Shown in pieces: positions 47,928 through 57,712 of a stretch of DNA of 64,000 nucleotides; within the stretch, counting starts at the first letter, position 1, and each line of letters starts with the position of its first letter. Below the pieces are notes generated by a model. It was not told where the DNA came from. It made no database searches and worked only from the letters and a program-made list of their open reading frames with translations. Both the position numbers and the translations under genes were made by a program. The DNA is from a bacterium. GTDB lineage: Bacteria > UBA8248. Where the stretch lies: positions 3,872,001 through 3,936,000 of the forward strand of contig OZ244799.1 in assembly GCA_965219955.1 (NCBI GenBank), written 5' to 3'.

Positions 47928-50060
47928 GGCGGGCGTTTCCGCTTTATCCGACACTCCTTTTTGCCAGACATAGATGAAGAGCAACAGAGCCGCTCCCGCC
48001 GCGTTGGCGATGTATGCCGAGATACCCCCGGGCAGTTGGAATTTCCCTGGAAGAAAACAAAACAATGAAGCGACGCCAAGAAGCAGCCATTCGAGAGGGG
48101 AAGTCTTTCTCTTGAGGTAGCCCATCGTCCAAGCGGAAAACGCAATGGTGCCGAACAGCGCCGCTCCCATCGTCCAGAGCGTGAGTTTCACCGAGCCCGT
48201 CAGCAGGATGGGCGTATAGGCGAAGAGAAGCGGCATGACGTAGAGCATTTTGGCGAACCGGAAACTCGCCCAGCCCGTCTTCCAGGGGTCCGCTGCGGCG
48301 ATGGAAGCGGCGACGTAGGCGCCCAGGCATACCGGCGGCGTGATGTTCGAATCCTGACTCAGCCAGAAGACGATCATGTGCGCGGCGATGAGAGGAACGC
48401 CCAGGTTCTCAAGGGCGGGACCCGCGAGGACGGCCAGGACGAGATATGAGGCGGTAATCGGCAGCGCCATGCCCAGGACGAGAGACGCCACCGCCACCAG
48501 AAACAGGGCGAACAGAAGGCTTCCGCCCGAGAGCGCCACGAGCAGATAGCTCATCTTGAGGCCGAGACCTGTCAAGGCCACCATCCCGACGATGATCCCC
48601 ACCGCTGCTGCGGCCGAGCCGACGACGAGAGAATTTTGCGTACCCTCCACCATGGCGCCGAAGATGGTTCGCAGATTCATCCGTTCGCCGGGGGATGGGC
48701 ATCTATCGGGAAAGAGCCGCGCCAGCGCCATTCGAATCCAGTTGATGGCCAGGATGGAGAAGATGGCCATGACGGCGCACCAGTCCGGCGAGTAGCCGGC
48801 GATGAGGAAAGCGAGGAGAATCGCGAGCGGCAGGAGATGGAACCAACCGGATGTGAAAACATCTTTGGGGCGTGGGAGGTCGTCTCCGGCGATTCCCTGA
48901 ATACCTTGTCGTTTCGCCTCGAAGTGAACGATGGCGCTGATCGACAGCAGATAGAGCAATGCGGGCACCGCGGCAATGGCCATGATGCGCACGTAGGGCA
49001 CGCCCGTTATCTCCGCCATGACGAATGCGCCTGAGCCCATGACGGGTGGGAGGAGTTGACCGCCCAGGGAGGCGCTGTTTTCCACTGCACCCGCCACATG
49101 GGGCCGGAAGCCCACCTTTTTCATGAGCGGGATGGTGAAGGTGCCCGTCGAGACGACGTTCGCGATGCTGCTGCCAGAAATGGAGCCGAATATGGCCGAG
49201 GCGATGACGGCCACCTTGGCGGGTCCGCCCACCGTCCGTCCGGCGAGCGCCATGGGCATTTCGATGAAGAACCTGCCCATTCCCGATTGATTCATGAACG
49301 CGCCCAGATAGATGAATATCAAGACGTAGCTGGCCATGACGGAGGTCATGACGCCGAAGATGCCCTCCTGGGAATAGAAGGTGTAGTTGACGATCTGGTG
49401 AACCGTGGAGCCTCGGTGAGCGAGTGGACCGGGAGCGTAAGCGCCGAAATGGGCGAACAATAGCGCGACCACGGCAAGGGCCGGAATCCATAGTGCCAGC
49501 CCGCGTCTCGCCGCCTCCAGGGCGAGTGCGATGGCCACGAAGGCCATCCAGAAGTCCGTCTGATGCCAGGCGCCCGGCCTGTCCTGGAGTTCCAGGTAGT
49601 TGAAAACGAAATAGCTCAGACAAAGGCAGGCCAGTCCCATCAGGGTGAGGTTCAGGGCGCGCGGTCGCGCGAGCGCGACGAAGAACAGGAGTGTGCACCC
49701 GACCCACGTCGCCCAATCCGTCGTCAGCGCGCCTTCTTCCGAAACACCTTCCGCGCGGTAGATCGCAGCGGCGAGCAGCGCCACGAGGAGGAGGGCTACG
49801 CCCCAGTCAAGGATTTCCGGCTTTTCCCAGGTTGCTCCCTTGCGCCAGGGGTAGACGAGGAAGCTCATGATCCACATGACGAGAGTGAAAATGCCCAGGT
49901 GGAGATTATCCTCGGGGATGCCCGGTCCCGCCGCCCAGAGGGCGAAAAGAGAGAAGGCGACGCAGACGGCCTGGTGGAAATACTTCCAGGCGCCGCTCAG
50001 GTCCGAAGCGCGGCTGCCGCTCGCGTCATGTGCGATCCGGGTTTCATCGCTTTCGGTCAT
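47916..50060 (-). CDS. TRAP transporter fused 4TM/12TM permease
   Basis: Motifs GGPAKVAV, SGSSIANVVSTG.FTIPLMK, PPVMG and ITPPV. Confidence 0.94.
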   Translation of the reverse strand: MTESDETRIAHDASGSRASDLSGAWKYFHQAVCVAFSLFALWAAGPGIPEDNLHLGIFTLVMWIMSFLVYPWRKGATWEKPEILDWGVALLLVALLAAAIYRAEGVSEEGALTTDWATWVGCTLLFFVALARPRALNLTLMGLACLCLSYFVFNYLELQDRPGAWHQTDFWMAFVAIALALEAARRGLALWIPALAVVALLFAHFGAYAPGPLAHRGSTVHQIVNYTFYSQEGIFGVMTSVMASYVLIFIYLGAFMNQSGMGRFFIEMPMALAGRTVGGPAKVAVIASAIFGSISGSSIANVVSTGTFTIPLMKKVGFRPHVAGAVENSASLGGQLLPPVMGSGAFVMAEITGVPYVRIMAIAAVPALLYLLSISAIVHFEAKRQGIQGIAGDDLPRPKDVFTSGWFHLLPLAILLAFLIAGYSPDWCAVMAIFSILAINWIRMALARLFPDRCPSPGERMNLRTIFGAMVEGTQNSLVVGSAAAAVGIIVGMVALTGLGLKMSYLLVALSGGSLLFALFLVAVASLVLGMALPITASYLVLAVLAGPALENLGVPLIAAHMIVFWLSQDSNITPPVCLGAYVAASIAAADPWKTGWASFRFAKMLYVMPLLFAYTPILLTGSVKLTLWTMGAALFGTIAFSAWTMGYLKRKTSPLEWLLLGVASLFCFLPGKFQLPGGISAYIANAAGAALLLFIYVWQKGVSDKAETPALPA

Positions 50061-50137
50061 GGCGGCCCCCGAAATCTCCCCGCGCGGGTGGGGAAGCCCG
50101 CGCGGAGAGGTTTGTGCGTATCAACCTGGTGAAGAGG

Positions 50138-51127
50138 CTACATGAGTTCTTTCGGGATCTTTTTCCCGGCTTCTTTCCAGAAACGGATCGCCCCTTTGTG
50201 GAGCGGCGCGTTGATGAGCTTGAGGCCGTTCTTAATGGAGAGTTCCTTCGCCACCTTGCCGGCGGCGGAGATGATGTATTTGCGGCCCTTCTCGGAATAC
50301 ATGGCTTTCATGATGTTATAAACCAGATCGGCGGAAACCTGGCTCCCCGCAATCATGACGGTGCCGGTGCCGAAGGTCGGGGTGTCCACGTTCACGTTCG
50401 GGTAGACGCCTGCGGGAATCATGGTGGGTCCGAAGAAGGGAAATTTCTTGTAGAACCCGGATTTGCGGGCGGGGGCGTCCATGTTGATGAAGCGGATTTT
50501 CATCATGGTGGCCGTATCGCGGATCATCGCGTTGCCCAGACCGGGGTGCCAGTTGTAACCGGCGATCTTCCCGTTGCGCATGGCTTCGGGGCTTTTGCGG
50601 CCCAAATACACGGGCTTGAAGGTGCCCCAGATGCCCAGGTGCTTGAGAAGCGCCGTGAGGTTCTTCGCCGATCCCGAACCCGGACCGCCCATCGAGATGG
50701 TCTTTCCCTTCAGGTCTTCGATTTTCTTAATCGGACTGTTCGCGGGCACCAGAAGATGACCCACCGAACCGAAAAGATACGTCATGGTTCGCATGTTCTT
50801 CTGGGGTTTCTTGAAATGCCCTTTGCCCCGGTAGCCCAGGAAGGAGTCGCTTGAGAAGGTCAAGGCGACTTCCACGGAGCCTGAATGGATCGCCCGCACG
50901 TTTTCAACCGAGCCGGTAGAGGACTCGGAAGAAACCTGAACTCCCTTCAACTCTTTCGTCAGATAGACGGCGTATGCGCTGGTCCATCGGTTGTAGGCGC
51001 CGCGAATCTGGCCGCCCTTCATGGTGATGCGTTGCTGGGCCGAGGCGTCCGGCAGCGTTGTAGCGAATTGAGCAGCAATCAGAAACGCAAACACGCTCAG
51101 GATTGATGTCCACCGGGTTTTGGTCAT
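50138..51127 (-). CDS. TAXI-family TRAP substrate-binding protein
   Basis: Signal peptide, motifs STGSVEN, DLKGK..S.G.PGSG and PLHKGA. Confidence 0.92.
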   Translation of the reverse strand: MTKTRWTSILSVFAFLIAAQFATTLPDASAQQRITMKGGQIRGAYNRWTSAYAVYLTKELKGVQVSSESSTGSVENVRAIHSGSVEVALTFSSDSFLGYRGKGHFKKPQKNMRTMTYLFGSVGHLLVPANSPIKKIEDLKGKTISMGGPGSGSAKNLTALLKHLGIWGTFKPVYLGRKSPEAMRNGKIAGYNWHPGLGNAMIRDTATMMKIRFINMDAPARKSGFYKKFPFFGPTMIPAGVYPNVNVDTPTFGTGTVMIAGSQVSADLVYNIMKAMYSEKGRKYIISAAGKVAKELSIKNGLKLINAPLHKGAIRFWKEAGKKIPKELM

Positions 51128-51261
51128 GGTATTACTCTCCTTTTGAAGGATGAATGGGATGAAAACTCCTGTTGCCGAAAACAATACGCACCCGAACGCC
51201 GGGCGTCCGAGAAACCAATATCAAGCCATAAGACACTTGTAGGCAGGACGCGCCTGCTAAA

Positions 51262-51290
51262 TTGACAGGGTTCTCATGAGTTCCTAAAGT
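51262..51290 (+). promoter_or_regulatory. Sigma70 promoter for the ThDP enzyme gene
   Basis: TTGACA-N17-TAAAGT with the palindrome CTCATGAG in the spacer. Confidence 0.6.
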
Positions 51291-51333
51291 CTCATCCTAT
51301 AATCCACTACCTTATCTTACAAGGAGCCGCATT

Positions 51334-53121
51334 TTGACCCGCATGAATGGTGGCCAGATCATCGTCGATTATCTCATTCAGGAAGAGGTTCCCTACGTCT
51401 TCGGCCTGTGCGGCCACGGGAACATCAGCTTTCTGGACGCGCTCCATGAGCGCACCGGCGAGATCAAGACGCTCTCGGTGCGCCACGAATCGCTCTCAGG
51501 CTTCATGGCGGACGTCTATTACAGGGTGGCGGGCAAACCGGTGGCGACGTTCACTTCCTGCGGGCCGGGTTCGGCGAACATGCCGATCTCTCTCGCCAAC
51601 GCCTTTTTCGATTCCGTCCCCTTTCTGGCCGTGACGGGCAACATCCCCACCAACCAGTTCAACCGGGGGGCGTTCCAGGAAACCTACCGCCACTACCAGG
51701 CGGATTTCCCCTCCACCGTGCAGGCTTACTGCAAGCGGGTGTACCAGCCCACGCGGGCGGAGATGGTGCCGCAGTTCACCCGACAGGCCTGGAAGACGAT
51801 GATGACGGGCAGGCGCGGCCCCGTCGTGCTCGACGTGCCTTTCGACATCTTCAAGGAAGAGGCCGAGGTGGAGATGCCGCAGGCTTCTGCGTGGAACGCG
51901 AACATCTCCTGCCGCTGCGGGGCGGACCCGGAGGGCGTGAAAAAGGCCGTCCAGATGCTCTCCGCCGCCGAGCGGCCCGTGATTCTCGTGGGCCAGGGCG
52001 TGAAATACGCAGGCGCCGCCGCGAAGATGGTCGCCCTCGCCGAGAAGCTGAAAATCCCCGTGGCTTGTTCATCGAGCGGGATGGGGGCCATTGACGCGCA
52101 GCATCCCCTGGCTCTGGGACTCATCGCGAGAAACGGGACCTACCCGGCGAACCACGCCGCGCGCCAGGCCGACGTTCTGCTCGCGCTCGGCGTGCGCTTC
52201 GACGATCGCACCTCGAGCAGCTGGCTGCCCGGCTATTCGTTCAACATCCCGCCGACCAAGCTGATTCACGTGGATATCGACCCCGAGGAAATCGCGCGGA
52301 ACTACCCCGTGGCCTTAGGATTGATGGCGGACGTGGACGTCTTTCTCGATCAGGTGAACGAGGCGCTCGGCGCGGGGGAGAACGTGGAAATTCCAGAGGC
52401 GAGAGAGGCTTGGCTTCGCAAGATCGACGGCTGGCGGAACGAGTGGGAGGAGTTTACGGCTCCCGGCTACCGCGAGGACACCGAGCCCATGCACCCCCAG
52501 CGGGCGGCGCATGAGATCGACAAGGCCCTGCCCGATGACGCCATCCTCATCAGCGACGTAGGCGTCCACCACAACTGGCTGATTCAGTGCTGCCGCCCCA
52601 AGGGGCCGCAGTCGCTCATCGGCTCGATGGGGTTCGGCGCGATGGGCTTCGGCGTGGCGGGGGTGCTGGGGGCCAAGCTGGCCGCACCGGAGAGGCCCTG
52701 CGTCGCGGTGTGCGGAGACGGCGCTTTCGCCATGCACCTGAGCGCCATCATGACGGCGGTGGAATACGACATCCCCGCCGTCTGGGTCGTCTGGAACAAC
52801 TACGCCTTCGCCTCCATCCGGGGGCTTCAGCGCGGCTATCTGGGCGGCCGCGAACTCGCCACCGATTTCCAGGAGCACGCCTCCGCCAGGCCGTACAATC
52901 CCGGTTTCGCCGCCATGGCGGAATCCGCGGGCGTCGCGGGCGTGCGGGTGGACAGGGCGGCCGATTTGAGCGAGGCGGTGGATGCGGCGGTGAAGGCCGG
53001 ACGCCCGTATGTGATCGACGCGAACATCCAGGGAGAGGAAAACCCCAGCGGCGCGGGCGCCTGGGAGTTGCCCGGCCTGGGATACGGAGAGCCCGCCATC
53101 GGCGAGCGGACCATTCTTTAG
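51334..53121 (+). CDS. Thiamine diphosphate-dependent enzyme (AHAS-like fold)
   Basis: Motifs RHE, GPG..N, ALGVRFDDR, GAMGFG and GDGAF...WNN. Confidence 0.92.
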   Translation: MTRMNGGQIIVDYLIQEEVPYVFGLCGHGNISFLDALHERTGEIKTLSVRHESLSGFMADVYYRVAGKPVATFTSCGPGSANMPISLANAFFDSVPFLAVTGNIPTNQFNRGAFQETYRHYQADFPSTVQAYCKRVYQPTRAEMVPQFTRQAWKTMMTGRRGPVVLDVPFDIFKEEAEVEMPQASAWNANISCRCGADPEGVKKAVQMLSAAERPVILVGQGVKYAGAAAKMVALAEKLKIPVACSSSGMGAIDAQHPLALGLIARNGTYPANHAARQADVLLALGVRFDDRTSSSWLPGYSFNIPPTKLIHVDIDPEEIARNYPVALGLMADVDVFLDQVNEALGAGENVEIPEAREAWLRKIDGWRNEWEEFTAPGYREDTEPMHPQRAAHEIDKALPDDAILISDVGVHHNWLIQCCRPKGPQSLIGSMGFGAMGFGVAGVLGAKLAAPERPCVAVCGDGAFAMHLSAIMTAVEYDIPAVWVVWNNYAFASIRGLQRGYLGGRELATDFQEHASARPYNPGFAAMAESAGVAGVRVDRAADLSEAVDAAVKAGRPYVIDANIQGEENPSGAGAWELPGLGYGEPAIGERTIL

Positions 53122-53165
53122 GGATGTGATAGATAGCGGGCCGTGCCCGCGTAAGGAGACGAAAG

Positions 53166-53786
53166 ATGAACGATGAAGCAAGACTGCGCGCGGCTGCGGA
53201 CAAGCTCGAGATGATGGAGGTCGCCATGTTCTCGCACAACTGCCGGGATTCGGGCGACTGGGACGGCCTGCTGGATTGTTTCCACCCCGATGCGGACATC
53301 ACCACCTCGTGGTTCATGGGCAACGCGCACGCGTTCATCACCGAATCGCGCGACATGATGCAGGGCCATCACCCCGATGACACCCAGAAACACGTCGCCG
53401 GCAACGTGCGCGTCCGCGTGAATGGGGAACGTGGCGTGTGCGAGTATTACCTCACCCTCCACCAGAGGCGGACGATGGACGGGTATGATTTCGACTTCTC
53501 GACCTGGAGCAGCGTGGTGGATCTGTTCGAGCGCAGGGACGGGCGCTGGCGCGTCATCAAGCGCACGATGATTTACGAGAAAGACAGGATGGATCCCCAC
53601 AAGCCGGGCGAGGTGCCCGCGTCTTATTTCCAGGAGATGGACCTGACGCCCTACCCCAGGGCGCTTCGCTACCATTGCTGGCGCAACGAGAAATTCAGCG
53701 GCAGCCCGCCGTCCGCGAATCTGGTGATGGAAGGAACCGAAAAGGCGCGAGCGATCCGGGAAGAAGCGCGACGCTGGGTGCCGTGA
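53166..53786 (+). CDS. SnoaL/NTF2-like protein
   Basis: Motifs RD.GDW...CFHPDA, D..ERRDGRW and IYEKDRMDP. Confidence 0.85.
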   Translation: MNDEARLRAAADKLEMMEVAMFSHNCRDSGDWDGLLDCFHPDADITTSWFMGNAHAFITESRDMMQGHHPDDTQKHVAGNVRVRVNGERGVCEYYLTLHQRRTMDGYDFDFSTWSSVVDLFERRDGRWRVIKRTMIYEKDRMDPHKPGEVPASYFQEMDLTPYPRALRYHCWRNEKFSGSPPSANLVMEGTEKARAIREEARRWVP

Positions 53787-53799
53787 CCCGCCTGGAAGC

Positions 53800-54954
53800 C
53801 TACAACAATTCCAGATAAATCCGCTTCATGTCTTCCGTGTCGGCGGGTACGGGGTTCGTCGCCACCGTGGTGCTGGCGGCCGCCTCGTGCGCCATGCGGT
53901 CGAGATACTCCGCTTTCGCGCCGATGGCCGCGAGCGATTCAGGGACCTCGATGTCGTCCGCCAGGGCGCGGACGCGCTCGATGGCGAGTTCCGCGTCCAA
54001 TGTATCGTCCGCTCCCTCGTCGGGGTTCGCCAGAAGCGGGGCCAGCCGGGCGTAGGTATCGCGCATGGCGGGCAGGTTGAAGCGCATCACGGGGGCCAGG
54101 AGTATCCCGTTCGTGGTGCCGTGGTGGCCGCCGAAGAAGTTGAAGACCGGGTGCGTAAGGCCGTGCACGATGCCGAGGCCCGTGTTGGTGAAAGAAGCGC
54201 CCGCAAGACAGGCTGCCAGCGCCAGCGGGTCGGCGGCATCGGGGTCTGAGGGATCGGCGACGAAGCGCCGGGCGTTCTGTCCGATCAGGCCGATGGCTTC
54301 GAAGCAAAGCGCCTGCGACCAGGGGTTCGCGCGCGGGGAGCCGAGCGATTCCACCGCATGGGTCAGGGCGTCCATGAGCGCGCCCGCGGCGAAGAATTTG
54401 GGCAAGGTCGCCAGAAGCGAGGAATCCACCACCGCCACGTCGGCGTAGAGCGCATCTGAGTGGATGCTCGATTTGGTGCCGCGCTCGATGTCGGTGATGA
54501 TGGAGGCGCGCGTCACCTCGCTGCCCGTGCCCGCCGTGGTCGGGACGGTGATGAAGGGCGGGATGGATTTCTCCACCGTATCCGCGCCGTAGTAGTCGCT
54601 AATCTTTCCGCCGTTCGCGAGGAGCGCCCCCATCGCCTTGGCGGTGTCGATGGCGCTTCCCCCGCCCACGGCGATGATTCCGGAACAATCGTTCGCCTCA
54701 TAAAACGCCTGAGCGCGCGTGATGCTCGGGTCTGAGGGGTTGGGCTCCACGTCTTCATACAGGCGGTATGGGACGCCCGCCGCATCAAGCCCCTCCGTCA
54801 CGGAGTCGAGCACGCCGGCCGCAGAAAGTCCCGGGTCCGCGAGAAGCATGGGGCGCGTCATATCGAGACTCTTCGCTTCGGCGCCGATGCAGGCGGCCTC
54901 GCCCCTGCCGAAGCGCACGCGCGGCACGGCGGACATGCGGAAAGGATCGATCAT
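53800..54954 (-). CDS. Iron-containing alcohol dehydrogenase
   Basis: Motifs GGGS.ID, PTTAGTGSE, DALTH, VHGLTH and HHG. An alternative start lies at 55005. Confidence 0.93.
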   Translation of the reverse strand: MIDPFRMSAVPRVRFGRGEAACIGAEAKSLDMTRPMLLADPGLSAAGVLDSVTEGLDAAGVPYRLYEDVEPNPSDPSITRAQAFYEANDCSGIIAVGGGSAIDTAKAMGALLANGGKISDYYGADTVEKSIPPFITVPTTAGTGSEVTRASIITDIERGTKSSIHSDALYADVAVVDSSLLATLPKFFAAGALMDALTHAVESLGSPRANPWSQALCFEAIGLIGQNARRFVADPSDPDAADPLALAACLAGASFTNTGLGIVHGLTHPVFNFFGGHHGTTNGILLAPVMRFNLPAMRDTYARLAPLLANPDEGADDTLDAELAIERVRALADDIEVPESLAAIGAKAEYLDRMAHEAAASTTVATNPVPADTEDMKRIYLELL

Positions 54955-55001
54955 GGCTGTTTTCTCCCTCTGGCAATGTTCATGCGGCTTCGTTTCGCGG
55001 T

Positions 55002-55367
55002 TCATCCCCCGCCTGCGAGCGTTTCTCGCGGCGGCCAGTCTCCGGATCGGTTCTTGAAAGAAAGATAGACGAGAACGTCAGATCCTAAGTTTCTAAGCTC
55101 ATGCTCCACGCCCAGGGGGATGTGGACCACCTCGCCCGCGCCCAAGGTCTTTTCTTCTTCTCCGACGCGGAACCAGCCCGTGCCCTCTAAAATATGGATG
55201 ATTTGCTCGCAGCCGTGGCTGTGCGGGCGTGTCGCCTTGCCGGGCGGCTGCTCCTGGCGCGTGAGGGTGGTGAACGCGCCGAGGATCATGCTGCCCTCTG
55301 AATCCGTGGTGGAGACGATGTTGCGCTTTTTCAGGTCGTCCCAGCGGTAGAAGGGCATGGCGCGCAT
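55002..55367 (-). CDS. Cupin domain protein
   Basis: HSH..EQ.....G and P.GVEH metal-binding motifs. Confidence 0.88.
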   Translation of the reverse strand: MRAMPFYRWDDLKKRNIVSTTDSEGSMILGAFTTLTRQEQPPGKATRPHSHGCEQIIHILEGTGWFRVGEEEKTLGAGEVVHIPLGVEHELRNLGSDVLVYLSFKNRSGDWPPRETLAGGG

Positions 55368-55391
55368 CCTCTCATTTAGAGCGGCGGGCGT

Positions 55392-56435
55392 TCAGCCCTG
55401 GACGGATTCGGCGATTCTCGCCTGGAGAAGCTCGTAGTTCGGGCGGCCCATCTCTACCTCGCCGTCGTCTATCATCCGCGCGATCTCTGTCACCGCGTCG
55501 TTGTAGGGAGTGGGGATGCCGAGCTCTCTCGCCCTGCGCGAGACGAGGCCGTTGATGTATTCCATCTCGCTCTTCCGGCCCTTGATGTGGTCCTGAATCG
55601 GGGCGGTGCGCGAACGGGGCCCCACGTGTTCGAGCAGCGTCTTCATGGCCGTGACGAGCACCTGATCGTCAGAACCCGCGAAATCATCCGATGAGAGGCC
55701 GAACACCGGCTCCACCCCGTAGCCCAGGGCTTCGCCCACCGCCATCGCCTCTTTTCCGAGTCCGACCGAAAGCTCGATGACGCCCGGAAGCTCCTTCGTT
55801 TCGGCGTTCTTGAGGCCCAGCAGGCCGAAGGGCCCCATCGTCATGCAGTTGGCGATGAGCTTCGTCCACTTGGTGCCCTCGATGTTGGGCGTGACTTCGG
55901 TGACGGCGACGTGCGCGAAGATGTCGCGAACCTCTTCCGCGCGCGGGGTGACCGAGCCGTCCAGTTCTCCCACGGCGAACCAGGTGCCCTTGCGGGGCGT
56001 GTTACGCTGGATGAAGCCGGGCGTGAAAATCTCCGCCGAGAGTTCCACGCAGCAGCCCACCACGCGCTCGCGCCCGATGACCGACGCGATCGTATCGTTG
56101 TTCATGCTGTTCTGCGCCCCGACGAATATGCCGTCGCTCTTCAGGTAGGGCTTGATGAGTTCGCACATCCAGCGGGTGTCGTAGGATTTAACGATGAGCA
56201 GGACGATGTCGAAAGTCGTCCGGAGCGAGGCCAGCTCGCACAGATGGTGCGCGCGCAAAGGCGGCGTTTTGAGGTCCAGGTCCGGCATCTGGACGTGGAG
56301 ACCCTTCTCGCGCATCACCTCCACGTGCTCGGGCCATTGGTCGATGACGGTGACGTCGAGACCTGCGTCGGTCAGGTCGGCGGACACGCTGCCGCCGATG
56401 GCGCCTGCGCCGAGAACGGCGATCTTCTTGTTCAT
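55392..56435 (-). CDS. Ketopantoate reductase family (PanE/ApbA-like)
   Basis: Motifs GAGAIGG, VKSYD, QN, KWTKLIAN and QD..KGRKSE...ING. Confidence 0.9.
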   Translation of the reverse strand: MNKKIAVLGAGAIGGSVSADLTDAGLDVTVIDQWPEHVEVMREKGLHVQMPDLDLKTPPLRAHHLCELASLRTTFDIVLLIVKSYDTRWMCELIKPYLKSDGIFVGAQNSMNNDTIASVIGRERVVGCCVELSAEIFTPGFIQRNTPRKGTWFAVGELDGSVTPRAEEVRDIFAHVAVTEVTPNIEGTKWTKLIANCMTMGPFGLLGLKNAETKELPGVIELSVGLGKEAMAVGEALGYGVEPVFGLSSDDFAGSDDQVLVTAMKTLLEHVGPRSRTAPIQDHIKGRKSEMEYINGLVSRRARELGIPTPYNDAVTEIARMIDDGEVEMGRPNYELLQARIAESVQG

Positions 56436-56506
56436 GCTGCACCTTGCCTTTCGGGGCTCCCGCCCTCAAGAGAATGAGAATGATGCTGCAAAATTGCGTT
56501 CGGTGA

Positions 56507-57682
56507 TTAAAAATACTTCATCGCGCGGATCCGCTGCGCCTGGTTGGTACCCGCCGAGTGGAGGAAGCTGATGACGTCGCGCAGGTATTTCTCCATCGGC
56601 GCTTCCGTCATGTAGCCCGTACCGCCCCAGACTTCGAGTGCGCGCGTGGCGATGCGGAAACCGGCTTCTGAAGTATACGCCTTGGCCATGTAGCCGAGCT
56701 TGGGGTCGTAGTTATCGCGCATCGCCCGCCAGGCGGCGTAGTGGAGCATCCGGCGCGAAGCCTCGTACTCGACGAAGCAATCCGCCAGCATGAAGCCCAC
56801 GCCCTGGTGTTCGATGATGGGTTTTCCGCCCTGGATTCTCGTTTTGGCGAATTCGAGCGCGTCCTCATAGGCGGCGCGGGCGGGTCCCAGGTTCGTGGCG
56901 GCGGATTCGATGACCGAGCCTCGCGAAAACGGGCCCGAGCGGGCCGCCACGCCCCCGCCGACCGGCGTGACGCGGTATTCATCCGAGACGCGGCAGTTCT
57001 CGAAGATGAGTTCCGCGTTCTGGGAGAGCTGCTGGCCCATCTTCTCGTGGATCTTCCCGATGGAGAAGCCTTCCATATCGGGCGTCACCATGAAGTAGGT
57101 GACGCCTTGCGAGACGCCGACGGTGGGGTCCGTGCGGCAGACGAGCACGTAGAGCTTGGCGATGCCCCCGTTGCTGATGTAGTGCTTCTTCCCGTTGATG
57201 ATCCAGTCATCCCCGTCTCGCACCGCGCTCGTGCGGACGCCGAGTCCGGGGCCTTCTTCGGGGATGAAGTTCTCGGAACCCACCTCGGGCTCCGTCATCC
57301 CGACGGCGAGGTGGAAGCGGTGATCCTCCAAAAACGCGGGCAGGAATTTCGCGCGTTGCTCCTCGTTCCAGACGATGTCGAGGAAATGAATGATCTTCCA
57401 GGTCTGGTCGAACGTGACGGCCACGCCCAGATCCCCCCAGCCGATCTCCTCGCCCACGATGCAGAGCGTGAGTATGTCGGCCCCGCCGCCGCCTGTCTCC
57501 TCGGGGATGGAAAGCGTCCTCAAGCCCAGCCTGCTCCCGGTCTCGAGAATATCCCAGGGGAACCGCTCGGCGGGGTCGGTGATCCGCTCGCGCGCGTGGG
57601 CGTGGGGCTTGAGTTCATCTCTGGCGTAGTCGTGCGCCAGTTTTTGCAGTTCGAGTTGTCTTTCGGTGAGGGTGAAATCCAT
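56507..57682 (-). CDS. Acyl-CoA dehydrogenase family protein
   Basis: Motifs MTEP..GS, INGKKHYISNG, R.QGGKPI.EHQ and GG.GY. Confidence 0.92.
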   Translation of the reverse strand: MDFTLTERQLELQKLAHDYARDELKPHAHARERITDPAERFPWDILETGSRLGLRTLSIPEETGGGGADILTLCIVGEEIGWGDLGVAVTFDQTWKIIHFLDIVWNEEQRAKFLPAFLEDHRFHLAVGMTEPEVGSENFIPEEGPGLGVRTSAVRDGDDWIINGKKHYISNGGIAKLYVLVCRTDPTVGVSQGVTYFMVTPDMEGFSIGKIHEKMGQQLSQNAELIFENCRVSDEYRVTPVGGGVAARSGPFSRGSVIESAATNLGPARAAYEDALEFAKTRIQGGKPIIEHQGVGFMLADCFVEYEASRRMLHYAAWRAMRDNYDPKLGYMAKAYTSEAGFRIATRALEVWGGTGYMTEAPMEKYLRDVISFLHSAGTNQAQRIRAMKYF

Positions 57683-57712
57683 CGCTCGCCTTTAAGGTTT
57701 AAGTGAAACGGC

